Shown in pieces: positions 31,152 to 42,023 of a DNA stretch of 64,000 nucleotides (the first letter of the stretch is position 1; every line of letters starts with the position of its first letter). The position numbers and the translations under genes are program-made. A model generated the notes under the pieces. It made no database searches. It saw nothing but the letters and a program-made list of their open reading frames with translations, and was not told where the DNA came from. The DNA comes from Candidatus Terraquivivens tengchongensis (lineage in GTDB: Archaea; Thermoproteota; Nitrososphaeria_A; Caldarchaeales; Wolframiiraptoraceae). Location: NCBI GenBank assembly GCA_023261845.1, contig JALNJZ010000002.1, positions 32,001-96,000 of the forward strand, read 5' to 3'.

Positions 31152-31607
31152 TTACTGGACGGTAACATGGTCTATGCTATAATGCCTCTTGGCTAGAAGT
31201 CTAACTAGCTCTATGGTCTTGCCGTTCTTGCCGATGGCAAGCCCCTTGTCCTTTGGTTCTACTGAGGCTATAGCTATTTTTTTACCATCAGGTCTTGAGG
31301 CTATCCTGACGGGGCCAGAAAGCCTAGCCGGCATAAGAGCGTTTTTGACAAATTTACTGGGATCATCCGAGAGCTCAATAACCTTGACGCGTTTTTTAAG
31401 TATCTTAGAGAATTCTTGTATTTTGCTACCACCCTTACTTAGGACCTTCTTTAGGTCGCCCTCCCTTACGAGGAACACCATTAAGTCACCGCTCTCGACG
31501 CAATCTACGGCCGCTACGCCTGTTGCTGCCTCAAATAACGATATGTATTTCATCTCTTTTTCTGTAAGCTTGAACCCTTCACTCAACTTCTGGTGCAACC
31601 TCCTCAA
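31152..31607 (-). CDS. nusA: Archaeal NusA (KH domains)
   Basis: YISLFE, FVKNALMPA and AIGKNGKTI motifs; follows rpl30e. True start probably near 31580. Confidence 0.92.
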   Translation of the reverse strand: MRRLHQKLSEGFKLTEKEMKYISLFEAATGVAAVDCVESGDLMVFLVREGDLKKVLSKGGSKIQEFSKILKKRVKVIELSDDPSKFVKNALMPARLSGPVRIASRPDGKKIAIASVEPKDKGLAIGKNGKTIELVRLLAKRHYSIDHVTVQ

Positions 31608-31896
31608 GTATGTTTGAGCTGCCAGGGTCTAGGACGGCAAGCGTTGATACCCTAAACGGTTTTCCGAGGATGTACCCGATCTCGTTCGAGCTTAGTTCTG
31701 TCTTTATTATCGGCACACCTACCATCTTAGAAGCCATGTAGATTCTCTTTTCTATATTTGATGGGCAGTTCTTTGCTAGTAGAACAAGTTTTGACTTACC
31801 GTTTAACAGTGACAAATAAGATTGTCTGAATCCGAGGGTCACTTTTCCTGTCCTACTTATTACCTCAAGCTCCTTCCTTATGTTCATCCCTATCAC
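31579..31896 (-). CDS. rpl30e: 50S ribosomal protein L30e
   Basis: TGKVTLG, AKNCP, LGKPF and DPGSS motifs. Confidence 0.94.
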   Translation of the reverse strand: MIGMNIRKELEVISRTGKVTLGFRQSYLSLLNGKSKLVLLAKNCPSNIEKRIYMASKMVGVPIIKTELSSNEIGYILGKPFRVSTLAVLDPGSSNILEEVAPEVE

Positions 31897-34800
31897 CTAC
31901 CTCGTTATTCAACGAATTCGCTTGATGGAGCATTAGCAACGATACCATGCCCGTACCTACGGGTATCTCCTTTCCCATAAGTATCCTTTCAACGTTTCCT
32001 TTCAAGTAGTCCACCTCACCTCTGGCTGCCGCGTCGAGCAGTACTTGAACGCTTATTTCAAAGGCTGCTCTAGCAAGCACGCTCTCTTTTAGCTTAATTA
32101 CACCGTGCCTACCTACCTGTCTCACATTACCGCTAACGGTCATCATATCTGCCAGGAGTATGAGGTGCCTAATGTCAACATCCAGTCCTTGCTCACGTAG
32201 CACGTTCTTCGCCTCGTTTATTATCGCATTCCTTGCAGCCTCTATCCCTAGGACTTCTGCAATTTCATGTATGTCGTTCGTAATAACTCTAGTGGCATCA
32301 ACACCAGGTACCTTCATCACTTCCCTTAGATTTGAGCCCTCCGTTAATATCACGTGCTCATCACCTTCTTGTACAACTATAGCTTTCGTTATTCTCTTAA
32401 TTCCTTTGACCGTCATCTTGTCGTCCAGAAGTATTCTGTCTCTGAGCTTCTCGAGCGCTTGTACACTGTCTTCGGACGGTTTTAGTATGACTGTGTCCGT
32501 GTCCTTTACTTCTGGCTTGTAAGCTTTTAAGGCATTCTTCACGTCACTTAACGTGATGCCCCTTTCATGCATTGCATCCGTATCTAACTTAATGGTTAAA
32601 GCACCACGCTTATAGTTTATTACTACTTCAGAAACTATGTCCTTGAGAGCCGTATGTTGTATTTGGTTTGCGATTTTTTGTGCTTTATTCTTATCTTTTG
32701 CGATGTCCTTTTGAAGGCATATCCTCATCGTGGGCGTGGATGGTACCTTACGTGCGTCAACTATCTCGATTAACCTTGGTAAGCCAAGCAATATACTCTG
32801 CTCCCTAACGCCCGCAAAGTGGAATGTTCTGAGCGTAAGCTGAGTTCCTGGTTCACCTATTGATTGGGCTGTCACAACACCTACGGCGTCACCAGGCTCT
32901 ACCCGAGAGTTCAGATAAACTTTGTATGCTTCTTCAAAAGATTTGTCAACCACAGGTTCTGAGGCTTTTACCTTTATGAGCTCGTTTACTAAATCTTCAA
33001 CAATTTTTTCAGGCATGAGCTTCTTGTACCGTTCAGACATTGATATGATATACTCACTAGAGGCAGGTTTGCCTGATGGCAAACTCTTCATGAACTTCTC
33101 TACAATCAGTACTGGGTTGACTGGTTGCCCATGCTCGCTCTTAGCTGGGTCGACACCATCTTCACCGTATTGGAACTGTATTATCCTCTTTTCATCCGTC
33201 GTCCTTACCGTACCGTCGTACTCAACATATAATGATTCTAGAGCGTTTATCAATCTGCGCTGCATATAACCGCTTTGCTGAGTTCTCACTGCCGTATCAA
33301 CTAGCCCATCCCTTCCACCCACCATGTGGAAGAAGAATTCCAATGGGTCTAGACCGCTCATGAATGAATTGTAGACGAAACCCCTAGCCCTAGGTGAGAG
33401 ATCTCCCGGCTTAAAGAACGTTAGAACCCTATCTGTGTATCCTCTCTTTATCCTTTCCCTTCTGACTGCTTGCTGACCGACGACCGCTATCATTTGGTCA
33501 ATGTTAAGCGACGTGCCCCTTGCTCCAGTCTTTATCATTATCAATGCATTATTTGATAGAGGTATGTGTTGCCTCACAATCTTGCCAGCCGTGTCCCTAG
33601 TCTTTGAAAGCAATGACAGGATGGCAGATTCGAATGATTGTTCGGGTGTCTCTCCGGGATAGACAGGAGCCTTACCCTTTTCGTAGTCCGTTTTAAGTTT
33701 AATGAATTCCTCATCCATCTTTACAAAAAGTTTGGATACTTCTCGGTAGACTTCAGCTGGCACTGTTAGGTCATCTATAGTGAACGTAAAGCCCCTGATA
33801 CGCAGGTATGTGTTAGCAAGCCTCACTACCCTGTCTAAAAATTCCCTAGCTACATCAGGGCCGTAATCTCTCACTAACCTGTGTATTATGTTGTTTGCTT
33901 TCTCTACACCTATGCCGCCCTTATCTATCACACCCTTTATGAGTTTGCCGTCTTGTATAACAACAGGTTCTTCGGGCATGAAGCTAGATCTGAATTTATG
34001 ACTAAAGTCCTTCGGAAGCAGCAGGCTAAATATCTGCTTGCCGCTCCACAATGGCTGCGGTTCTTTTACTGCTGGTTCTGGTAGCTTACCGTCATATCCT
34101 ATCGCTGAGAGCAGATAAGACGTCTCCTTTAGGTCGAGCAACGTATCATCTTTCGTTAGCAAGTACGTGGCCGTGAGGAAATCTCTAATGGCTCCGATTA
34201 TGGGCGTACCATGGCGCGGAGATATTATGTTGTTCTGTACTAGGAGCAGTATTCTGGCTTCGGTTTGAGCTTCTTCACTCTGTGGAACGTGCAGGTTCAT
34301 CTCGTCACCGTCAAAGTCTGCGTTATACGGCGTGCAGACCGCAAGATTAAGGCGGAATGTCTTGTAAGGAAGTACCTTTACTATGTGGGCCATTATTGAC
34401 ATCCGGTGGAGTGATGGCTGCCTGTTAAACAACACGATGTCTCCATCAATAAGGTGCCGCTCGACTATGTACCCAGGCTCTAGAGCGTTTGCCAACTCGT
34501 TCAAATCGTGCGCAAGTTTTAGCCTGATGGTCTTGCCATCTGGCCTGATTATGTACTTAGCGCCCGGATATTTGTCTGGACCGTTCCTTACGTACTCCCT
34601 TAATCTTTCAATGTTCCAGACCGTAACCTTTTCTGGTACGGTAAGCTGCATCGCTATCTCTATAGGAACGCCAACCTCGTTTATTCCTATGTTGGGGTCT
34701 GGAGATGTGACAGTCCTAGCCGAAAAATCAACCCTCTTGCCGGAAAGGTTTAACCTGAACCTACCTTCTTTGCCCTTCAGTCTCTGTGCTAGCGTCTTCA

Positions 34801-35683
34801 GTACACGGCCAGACCTGTGAACAGACGGGGATATTCCGACCGCTTCATTATTGATGTAAGTTGTTACATGATACTGAAGAAGGTCCGATAATTCCATTAT
34901 AACTGGAGAAGGTGATCCGGCAGCCATGTTTTCTCGAAGCCTTTGAGCAACCCTGAGTATGTCCACCAACTTGTGAGTCAGGTCGTCCTCTGACCTGAAA
35001 CCGGATTCAAGCGTAATGGATGGTCTTACATAAACAGGCGGCACAGGTAAGACCGTGAGTACCATCCACTCCGGTCTTGCACTCTTAGGGCCTATATCCA
35101 GCAGCACCAGGTCATCGTCGGGTATCCTCTCAAGCCTAGCCCTGACCACGTTAGCCGGAAGCCTTACAAGCTCTGACTCTGTCGCTTCTATGAAAGTTGT
35201 TGGTTTCTCTAACTCGATCTTTAGTTGCTTTTCACCGCAGTGTGGACACGTCTGCGTTGACGTGGCCTTCTGTATTACTTTGAAGTAAACATGCCTATAC
35301 GGTTTACCGGCTTGTTTCTCCCTTTCTAACTCTTCCTTGAAACTCTTTATCTCTTCGTCATTTAGAAGTATTCTACCACACGACCTGCATGTGGCTTTTA
35401 GAAGCGTATGTATGATCTTGGCAAATCCAACGTGTATAACGGGAACTGGTAATTCTATATGTCCGAAGTGTCCTGGGCATCCGAGGTAGGTATTACCGCA
35501 CGTCTTACAGCGTTGACCAGGTTCTAGAGTTCCTAGCCTTGGGTCCATCACGCCGGTCGGTATAGGAAGACCGTCGTCGCCGTACGTGTCAGGGTTTTGT
35601 ATCTCAGCTACGGACATCCTTCTAATTAAGTCGGGTGAAAGGATGCCAAACTTTATAGCAGCCACAGAACCCCTGTAGGACAT
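31865..35683 (-). CDS. rpoA: RNA polymerase largest subunit, fused A'+A''
   Basis: CPGHFGH, NADFDGDEMN and AQSIGEPGTQLTL in one 1272-aa ORF. Confidence 0.97.
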   Translation of the reverse strand: MSYRGSVAAIKFGILSPDLIRRMSVAEIQNPDTYGDDGLPIPTGVMDPRLGTLEPGQRCKTCGNTYLGCPGHFGHIELPVPVIHVGFAKIIHTLLKATCRSCGRILLNDEEIKSFKEELEREKQAGKPYRHVYFKVIQKATSTQTCPHCGEKQLKIELEKPTTFIEATESELVRLPANVVRARLERIPDDDLVLLDIGPKSARPEWMVLTVLPVPPVYVRPSITLESGFRSEDDLTHKLVDILRVAQRLRENMAAGSPSPVIMELSDLLQYHVTTYINNEAVGISPSVHRSGRVLKTLAQRLKGKEGRFRLNLSGKRVDFSARTVTSPDPNIGINEVGVPIEIAMQLTVPEKVTVWNIERLREYVRNGPDKYPGAKYIIRPDGKTIRLKLAHDLNELANALEPGYIVERHLIDGDIVLFNRQPSLHRMSIMAHIVKVLPYKTFRLNLAVCTPYNADFDGDEMNLHVPQSEEAQTEARILLLVQNNIISPRHGTPIIGAIRDFLTATYLLTKDDTLLDLKETSYLLSAIGYDGKLPEPAVKEPQPLWSGKQIFSLLLPKDFSHKFRSSFMPEEPVVIQDGKLIKGVIDKGGIGVEKANNIIHRLVRDYGPDVAREFLDRVVRLANTYLRIRGFTFTIDDLTVPAEVYREVSKLFVKMDEEFIKLKTDYEKGKAPVYPGETPEQSFESAILSLLSKTRDTAGKIVRQHIPLSNNALIMIKTGARGTSLNIDQMIAVVGQQAVRRERIKRGYTDRVLTFFKPGDLSPRARGFVYNSFMSGLDPLEFFFHMVGGRDGLVDTAVRTQQSGYMQRRLINALESLYVEYDGTVRTTDEKRIIQFQYGEDGVDPAKSEHGQPVNPVLIVEKFMKSLPSGKPASSEYIISMSERYKKLMPEKIVEDLVNELIKVKASEPVVDKSFEEAYKVYLNSRVEPGDAVGVVTAQSIGEPGTQLTLRTFHFAGVREQSILLGLPRLIEIVDARKVPSTPTMRICLQKDIAKDKNKAQKIANQIQHTALKDIVSEVVINYKRGALTIKLDTDAMHERGITLSDVKNALKAYKPEVKDTDTVILKPSEDSVQALEKLRDRILLDDKMTVKGIKRITKAIVVQEGDEHVILTEGSNLREVMKVPGVDATRVITNDIHEIAEVLGIEAARNAIINEAKNVLREQGLDVDIRHLILLADMMTVSGNVRQVGRHGVIKLKESVLARAAFEISVQVLLDAAARGEVDYLKGNVERILMGKEIPVGTGMVSLLMLHQANSLNNEVGDRDEHKEGA

Positions 35684-35684
35684 G

Positions 35685-38600
35685 CTACACCAACTCCTCC
35701 AACTTTACTCTTGGATAAATACACATGCTTAGCAACTCGTTCAGTAGAAGGTAGAATGCGTACGACATGACGACGGGTTTTATGCTTGCCTCCTTTCCGC
35801 ACACTCTGCATACAAAACGCTCTTGTTTAAGGTCGTAGTAGGCAGGCAAGCCGCATTTTTCACAGAAGTACGCAGTATATTTATCGGACTGTTCGAGTAA
35901 CCTATCCAAGAGCAGATAAGCGGCACCATGCGCGATCAAGCAATCACGTTCCATCTCTCCAAACTTCAAACCACCACCTCTGGCCCTTCCTTCGGTCGGC
36001 TGCCGAGTCAGCAACTGTACCTGTCCACGTGCCCTTGCATGTATTTTATCCCTAACGAGGTGGTGTAACCTCTGATAGTAAACTACACCAATGAAGATTT
36101 CTGCTTCAAACTTCTTACCGGTTAGACCATCGTACATAACGGAAGTTCCCGAGCTTTTGAAGCCCAATGCCTCAAGCTCCGCCCTTAATTCCTCGATCTT
36201 TTTGCCAAGGAAGGGCGTTCCGTCAACAGGTTCAGCCTTTATGGCCGCAACCTTTCCCGCTATACTCTCGATAAGTTGACCGATGGTCATTCTTGAAGGG
36301 AATGCGTGCGGGTTTATTATTAGATCAGGCACTATGCCATCCTCAGTATATGGCATATCCTCTTGCGGGAATAGCATGCCGACGACACCCTTCTGTCCGT
36401 GCCTCGATGAAAACTTGTCACCTATCTCGACAAAGCACGTAGTCCTTACCCTTGCCTTTACAAGCTTGTTACCCTCATCCGTCCTAGTTATGAACATATT
36501 GTCAACGACACCACTCTCAGACTGCCTAACTACTTCGGATGCATCTCTCCACACCATTTCTCTTGCCGGCGCACGCGTGTACTCCTCCATGAATCTTGGC
36601 GGGCTCATGACACCGACTATCACCATATTTCCGCTCACGTCGGCTTCTACGTGAGCCAGACCATCAGCATCAAGTATTCTGTAGTACTGCTCGCCCTTGT
36701 AACCCCTTATGTTAGGTTCGGGTATCCCAAACTTATCCTTCTGGCCTCCGAGGTACTGTCTTGACTCTACCTCGTAGGTTCTATAGCTTAAGGAGAGACC
36801 TAATCCTCTCTCCACAGATGATTTGTTGAGTACGACAGCATCTTCCATGTTGTAGCCCTGAGCCGACAGTATCGCAACCACCATATTCTGACCTATCGGT
36901 CTGTTGTTAAGACCTATTAACTCAATAGATTTGGTCGTAACGAGAGGTTTCTGGGGATAAACTAGCAGGTGCATTCTGGAATCTGTTCTTATCTCATAAT
37001 TCGAGGCGAAGAAGCCTAAAGCCTGCTTTCCCATAGCACACTCGTAAACGTTTCTCGGGGACTGGTTATGCTCGGCATATGGGATTATCGATGCAACAAT
37101 ACCAAACATCAGGTAAGGGGATATCTCCATATGCGTATGCTCGGGCGTTACGGAATCTGGCGTTAAGGCAACAAACGCGTTCTCTTCTTCTTCCGCATCT
37201 AAGAATTCGATGATGCCCGTAGACACGAGGTCTCTGAACCTAGATATCCTATTCTTTATGGCCTCTACGTGATTGCGGTTTAATTTCGACACACCCTTCT
37301 CGACGATTATTAGCGGTCTTCTAACTCTACCCTCATCAGTGTTTATCCAGACCTCTTGCACGTGTTTGTAATTGTATAACGCAACGTTCACGTTATTATT
37401 TATCTCACCGTTCCTCCTCAGGTTTCTGAGTTCTGTGACAAGTTCCTGTCCGTTGGAATGGAAGCCCACCAATAAGCCATCAACAAATACCTTTGCAGGC
37501 AAGAACTTTTTCCGGTTTATGGCCTCGCTTAGGGGCATAACACCAAGGATGTAGAGTTTATCCAAAACTTCGCGCTTATTCATAGAGAATGAAAACTCTG
37601 CTGACAGTGCTAGATTCTTGACTAGGCCACAATTACTACCCTCAGGCGTCTCGGCAGGACATATCCTGCCCCAATGGGTTCCGTGAAGGTCTCTCGCTTC
37701 AAAATGCGGTTGGCTTCTACTCAAAGGTGACTGTACCCTTCTTAGATGGCTCAACGTTGCCAGGTAGTTAGTTCTGTTCAACAACTGAGTAACACCAACC
37801 CTTCCACCAGGCCAGTTCCCAGTCGCGAAGGCATGCTTGACAAAGTCGGCAACTATTCCTGGCCTGACGAACGTTGATATTGATGTCGGCTGTCTTATGG
37901 TTAACAGCTTTTCCAGCTGATACCTTATGTCCCTTATGAGCTTTAGGAATGCCATTCTGTACAATTCCATCAGCAGAGGCGTTGCGAGCTTCACGCGTTT
38001 ATTGGCATAATGGTCCTTATCGCTGGGCTTCCTAAGACCTAAGCTGGTCTCGAGTACCCTGCCTACCATATCGCATAAGAATATCGCCTTAAGATATCTC
38101 GATGCCTTATCCGTCCCGATATGCGGTAGTAGAACGTTATCTATCAGTTGCTCGGCCCTTTGTATCCTGTACTCTTCAGCATACCCGAACGCTATCTTAT
38201 TGCCTATGTACTTTAAGGCATCCTCAACAGTCTCTATCCCTTCTGCTTCCTTGAATGGAAGCTCCAGCAGTTCCTGGACTTCCTTAACTTGCGATACGAA
38301 GTTTACGATTTCTCTGTCGTTTGTCATGCCCAATGCTCTGAGAAGAATTATGATAGGTATGCCTTTGTAGATTCTTGAGAAGAAAACCCTTATCGGGCCA
38401 CCTTCTTTGTATGTAACTTCGACTTTAGCCTGCCTACCGAACGCAGAAGATAGCACGACGGCAGAGTATTGTGGTTTACCACCAACATCCTTTTCCGTTA
38501 CGAGTATCTTGTTGGGTGCTAAATCCTCTATTGCAACTATCACACGCTCCGAGCCGTTGATTATGAAATAACCTCCTGGGTCCATTGGGTCTTCTCCTAT

Positions 38601-39041
38601 GGCCAATAGCTCGTCGTGGGTCATCTTTGATAGCGGACATATGTCGCTCTTCACCATCACCGGTATTATCCCAACCTCTACGCGTTCTGAGGATAGCAGC
38701 CTACCGTCTAAGTACAAGTTCATCTTGGCGTATATCGGTGCTGCGTATGTGAGCTTCCTAAGCCGACATTCGGAAGGAGTTATGTTGTCGTTAATCGTGC
38801 CGTCTATCTCGATAATACGTGGCTTGTCTATTTCTATAGTCCCGAACTTGAAGGTTAACGTCCCGTGCTTCGTCTTAATCTCTTGAACTTCTAGAGAATT
38901 GACAAGATCTTGGAGACCTTTCCTAACAAAATAGTTGTATGACCTGATTTGATGTTGGACTAAACCTTCCTCTTCTATGAAACTCCTAGCGATGTACCAA
39001 AGGTCTTCCGTGGTGAGCTTGTGGTCCTTATCTTTCTGCAT
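35685..39041 (-). CDS. rpoB: RNA polymerase subunit B (unsplit)
   Basis: GGYFIINGSE, GDKFSSRHGQKG and GGLKFGEMERD motifs. Confidence 0.97.
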   Translation of the reverse strand: MQKDKDHKLTTEDLWYIARSFIEEEGLVQHQIRSYNYFVRKGLQDLVNSLEVQEIKTKHGTLTFKFGTIEIDKPRIIEIDGTINDNITPSECRLRKLTYAAPIYAKMNLYLDGRLLSSERVEVGIIPVMVKSDICPLSKMTHDELLAIGEDPMDPGGYFIINGSERVIVAIEDLAPNKILVTEKDVGGKPQYSAVVLSSAFGRQAKVEVTYKEGGPIRVFFSRIYKGIPIIILLRALGMTNDREIVNFVSQVKEVQELLELPFKEAEGIETVEDALKYIGNKIAFGYAEEYRIQRAEQLIDNVLLPHIGTDKASRYLKAIFLCDMVGRVLETSLGLRKPSDKDHYANKRVKLATPLLMELYRMAFLKLIRDIRYQLEKLLTIRQPTSISTFVRPGIVADFVKHAFATGNWPGGRVGVTQLLNRTNYLATLSHLRRVQSPLSRSQPHFEARDLHGTHWGRICPAETPEGSNCGLVKNLALSAEFSFSMNKREVLDKLYILGVMPLSEAINRKKFLPAKVFVDGLLVGFHSNGQELVTELRNLRRNGEINNNVNVALYNYKHVQEVWINTDEGRVRRPLIIVEKGVSKLNRNHVEAIKNRISRFRDLVSTGIIEFLDAEEEENAFVALTPDSVTPEHTHMEISPYLMFGIVASIIPYAEHNQSPRNVYECAMGKQALGFFASNYEIRTDSRMHLLVYPQKPLVTTKSIELIGLNNRPIGQNMVVAILSAQGYNMEDAVVLNKSSVERGLGLSLSYRTYEVESRQYLGGQKDKFGIPEPNIRGYKGEQYYRILDADGLAHVEADVSGNMVIVGVMSPPRFMEEYTRAPAREMVWRDASEVVRQSESGVVDNMFITRTDEGNKLVKARVRTTCFVEIGDKFSSRHGQKGVVGMLFPQEDMPYTEDGIVPDLIINPHAFPSRMTIGQLIESIAGKVAAIKAEPVDGTPFLGKKIEELRAELEALGFKSSGTSVMYDGLTGKKFEAEIFIGVVYYQRLHHLVRDKIHARARGQVQLLTRQPTEGRARGGGLKFGEMERDCLIAHGAAYLLLDRLLEQSDKYTAYFCEKCGLPAYYDLKQERFVCRVCGKEASIKPVVMSYAFYLLLNELLSMCIYPRVKLEELV

Positions 39042-39044
39042 CGC

Positions 39045-39320
39045 TCACTCCCTCACGACTAGTCTGTAGTAGACAGACTTCCCAGCAGTTTCGGTCTGCC
39101 TTATAATCCTTATCACATCGCCCGGCTTCGCACCAATTTCCTTAACGATCGGGTCCGAGGCCAGAATGTAGGGGAGTTGTTGGGGCTTTATGCGATATTT
39201 TTCCAATAGCTCTTCCACTTCTTCTTTCGTCATTATTTCATGTTTCGGAACTAAAACGTGTTTGCTGGGTGAAAACTCTTGGGTTCTTTCTTGCTCTGAG
39301 AGCTTGGTCTTATCTGTCAT
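39045..39320 (-). CDS. rpoH: RNA polymerase subunit H (Rpo5)
   Basis: HVLVPKHEI, QLPYI and YYRLV motifs. Confidence 0.96.
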   Translation of the reverse strand: MTDKTKLSEQERTQEFSPSKHVLVPKHEIMTKEEVEELLEKYRIKPQQLPYILASDPIVKEIGAKPGDVIRIIRQTETAGKSVYYRLVVRE

Positions 39321-39412
39321 CTATATGTTCCTCCAAATAGATAGACAAATTAATATCAAGTCTAAATTTGGAAACTGTCTTAGGTTATTAATAAATTTTC
39401 AATGGTCCCGTT

Positions 39413-40873
39413 CTAATAATTATTAGGTTTTTGTGTGGAAATCCGTCCTTTTAACCTATTTAGGGCAAATTCGAGGCTTGTCCTTTTATTTCGTACCCAC
39501 CTTTTCTCTTCCTCAAGGTTTATCATACTGTCCTCCACGGCACGTTTCACCAACGTTGGGTTAGCCGATCCGATGGTCGCATAAGAGCGCACAACCCTCT
39601 TTGGTTCCATCAGGTTCATAACATCTTCGAGCGTTAAGGGAACTTCTATGTTAAATTCTGCCTTAGTTCTTTGGAACGAAGTCTCGTTAAGGTTTCCCTC
39701 ATAGATAAGCTTGCTGATCTTACCTGCAAATATATGAGCGTTACGGAAAGGTACTCCATATTTTAGGGAGAGATAGTTTGCGACCTCCACGATACCTGTC
39801 GGCGGACTGCATGTAGCCATGCACCTGTTTTCATTGACTCTTAGGCTTGGTATGAGCTTTGTCATTATATGTAATGTTTCTTCAATAATTTCAAGCGCTT
39901 GCCATAATTTTGGCGTTATCTGTTGGAGGTCAAGGTTGTAACCGCTAACTTGCCTTGCGCTCATCATGAAGGCAGATGTTAATAGACCCAACAACTCTGC
40001 AACCTTCGTCCTCGCTATTTCCGCGACCACAGGGTTACGCTTCTGGGGCATGATGCTACTCGTAGCTGAAAACTCTTCGGGGAATACTATGAGGCCGAAC
40101 TCCTCAGAGCTGAAGACTACTAGCTCTTCAGATAAGGACGACAGTATAAGGACAATAACGCTCAAGCATGACAATGCTTCAACTATGAAGTCCCTTGAGG
40201 CTGTGGACTCGAGTGCATTCTGACTTACTCTGCTGAAGCCCAGAAGCGAGGCCGCATACTCTCTATCCAAAGGTACGCTGGTTCCTGCCACAGCTGCTGA
40301 GCCGAGCGGCGATTCATCAGACAGCTCATAGACAAGCTTTACATGCTGAAGCGCTTTAAGCAATCTGACGGCATAAGAATGCATGACAAAACCAAACGTT
40401 GCTGGTGCGGCCCTCTGCAGATGCGTATACACAGGAAATATCGTCCCGAATTCCTCCAACGCTTTTCTCAGCAGGGCTTCACAGAACGTTATGCAACTTT
40501 CGTGAAGGTTCAAGAGTCTTTCTTTAAGTCTAAGCCTTATGGCAGTAGCGACTGCATCGTTCCTACTCTTACCAAGGGCAAGCGAGGTACCGATTTGGGG
40601 CACGTGCTTTGTCAATTCGGCCTCGATTACCATATGCACATCTTCATACCTCGGGTCATCTAGGCTTGGCGGCTTTTTCAGCATCTCTTGGAGATGCTTT
40701 TCCGCCTTCTCGGCCAGATCCGAGGGTATTATACCTGCTTTCTCTAGAAGCTTTACATGTGCTATGTTTACCAAGATCACGCTTTCCAGTATCTCTTTAT
40801 CAAAGTGGAGCGATGAGGTGTACTTAGCAGCATCTACGTCAAATTCGCGTTCGATTCTACCTCTTCTATGCAT
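39413..40873 (-). CDS. argH: Argininosuccinate lyase
   Basis: EDVH, SRND, YTHLQRA and SSIMPQKRNP motifs. Confidence 0.93.
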   Translation of the reverse strand: MHRRGRIEREFDVDAAKYTSSLHFDKEILESVILVNIAHVKLLEKAGIIPSDLAEKAEKHLQEMLKKPPSLDDPRYEDVHMVIEAELTKHVPQIGTSLALGKSRNDAVATAIRLRLKERLLNLHESCITFCEALLRKALEEFGTIFPVYTHLQRAAPATFGFVMHSYAVRLLKALQHVKLVYELSDESPLGSAAVAGTSVPLDREYAASLLGFSRVSQNALESTASRDFIVEALSCLSVIVLILSSLSEELVVFSSEEFGLIVFPEEFSATSSIMPQKRNPVVAEIARTKVAELLGLLTSAFMMSARQVSGYNLDLQQITPKLWQALEIIEETLHIMTKLIPSLRVNENRCMATCSPPTGIVEVANYLSLKYGVPFRNAHIFAGKISKLIYEGNLNETSFQRTKAEFNIEVPLTLEDVMNLMEPKRVVRSYATIGSANPTLVKRAVEDSMINLEEEKRWVRNKRTSLEFALNRLKGRISTQKPNNY

Positions 40874-40955
40874 TCAAGTCACCTTCATTAAAGACCGATG
40901 AGCTATAACAAGGTTGCGAGTTCTTATAAAAAAGGCTTGTGTAATAAGCACATAC

Positions 40956-42023
40956 TCATCGTGTTTGGTCAATGGATGCGAGTTCAATTATGCAATTCTT
41001 GTAAACCTCTGCCGCGGTCAAAATATCTTTTATGGATATCCTCTCCAGCGTGGTGTGAGCTAAAAGGGAATCTCCAGGTCCATAGGCAGCTATATCAGAC
41101 GATATTCGGTACATCACATTCATATCGCTCGTCCCAGTCTTCATCACAGCCTTCGGCTTCATGCCCATCTTTAGCATGCTCCTGATTAATGACCTTGGGA
41201 CTGGGCTGGATAGGCTGACCTTGACGGGTTCCGTCCTTTCTAGCACCGAAAGCTCACAACCATGCTCCAGACATAACTCTTCAAGCTTGCTCAAGATTTG
41301 CTTCGAAAGAATGTTGCATGGAATTCTTATGTTTATGACGGTTCTCACGAATTCTGGAAGCTTTGTTGGCCAATCTCCGGCCTCTAAAACGGTTATGCAC
41401 GCCGAAGTCTCATCGTAGCCTCTGCCTGAGAAATTACGTTTTATTTCTTCCCAGAGGGTGAAGAATTTATCAAGTGCCGACTCTCCCATGTATGGTGCGC
41501 TACTATGACCTCCGCTTGCGGATACGTTGACCCTAACCGTCAAGCTCCCTCTATAGCCTATTGCAACACCAGTAGTCCCAGTAGGCTCGCCGATTATTAT
41601 GTGGTCGGCTTTAAAGCCAGAGCTTACCAGATAGTTTGCGCCCTTGCCTTCCCTCTCCTCATCAATAAGACATGCTACGATGACCCTAGCACCTTTAACG
41701 CTGTCCTTGGCCTTGGCTGCGCCTAGAAGCATCGCCATAAGCGGCCCCTTGGCATCAACAGCGCCCCTGCCCCAGACCTCATCGTTTGAAACCTTTACCT
41801 CGAGTTTACCTGGAACAGTATCCATATGACCAGCAAGCAGAATAGTTTTGCCAGAGCCATACTCTGCGATGAAGTTGCCTACCTTGTCTACATAACAATT
41901 TTCGTAACCCAGACGCGAACATATACCTTGGAGCGGTTCATGGAGCTTCCACTCTTCACCAGAAGGCGTATAAATATCTAAAACCCGGATGAATGCCTCC
42001 TTTATTTCGTTGACGGACATCAT
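40956..42023 (-). CDS. lysK: [LysW]-lysine/[LysW]-ornithine hydrolase
   Basis: M20 motifs GHMDTV, GRGAVDAKG, DEE, GEP and GTSDMN; in the lys cluster. Confidence 0.9.
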   Translation of the reverse strand: MMSVNEIKEAFIRVLDIYTPSGEEWKLHEPLQGICSRLGYENCYVDKVGNFIAEYGSGKTILLAGHMDTVPGKLEVKVSNDEVWGRGAVDAKGPLMAMLLGAAKAKDSVKGARVIVACLIDEEREGKGANYLVSSGFKADHIIIGEPTGTTGVAIGYRGSLTVRVNVSASGGHSSAPYMGESALDKFFTLWEEIKRNFSGRGYDETSACITVLEAGDWPTKLPEFVRTVINIRIPCNILSKQILSKLEELCLEHGCELSVLERTEPVKVSLSSPVPRSLIRSMLKMGMKPKAVMKTGTSDMNVMYRISSDIAAYGPGDSLLAHTTLERISIKDILTAAEVYKNCIIELASIDQTR

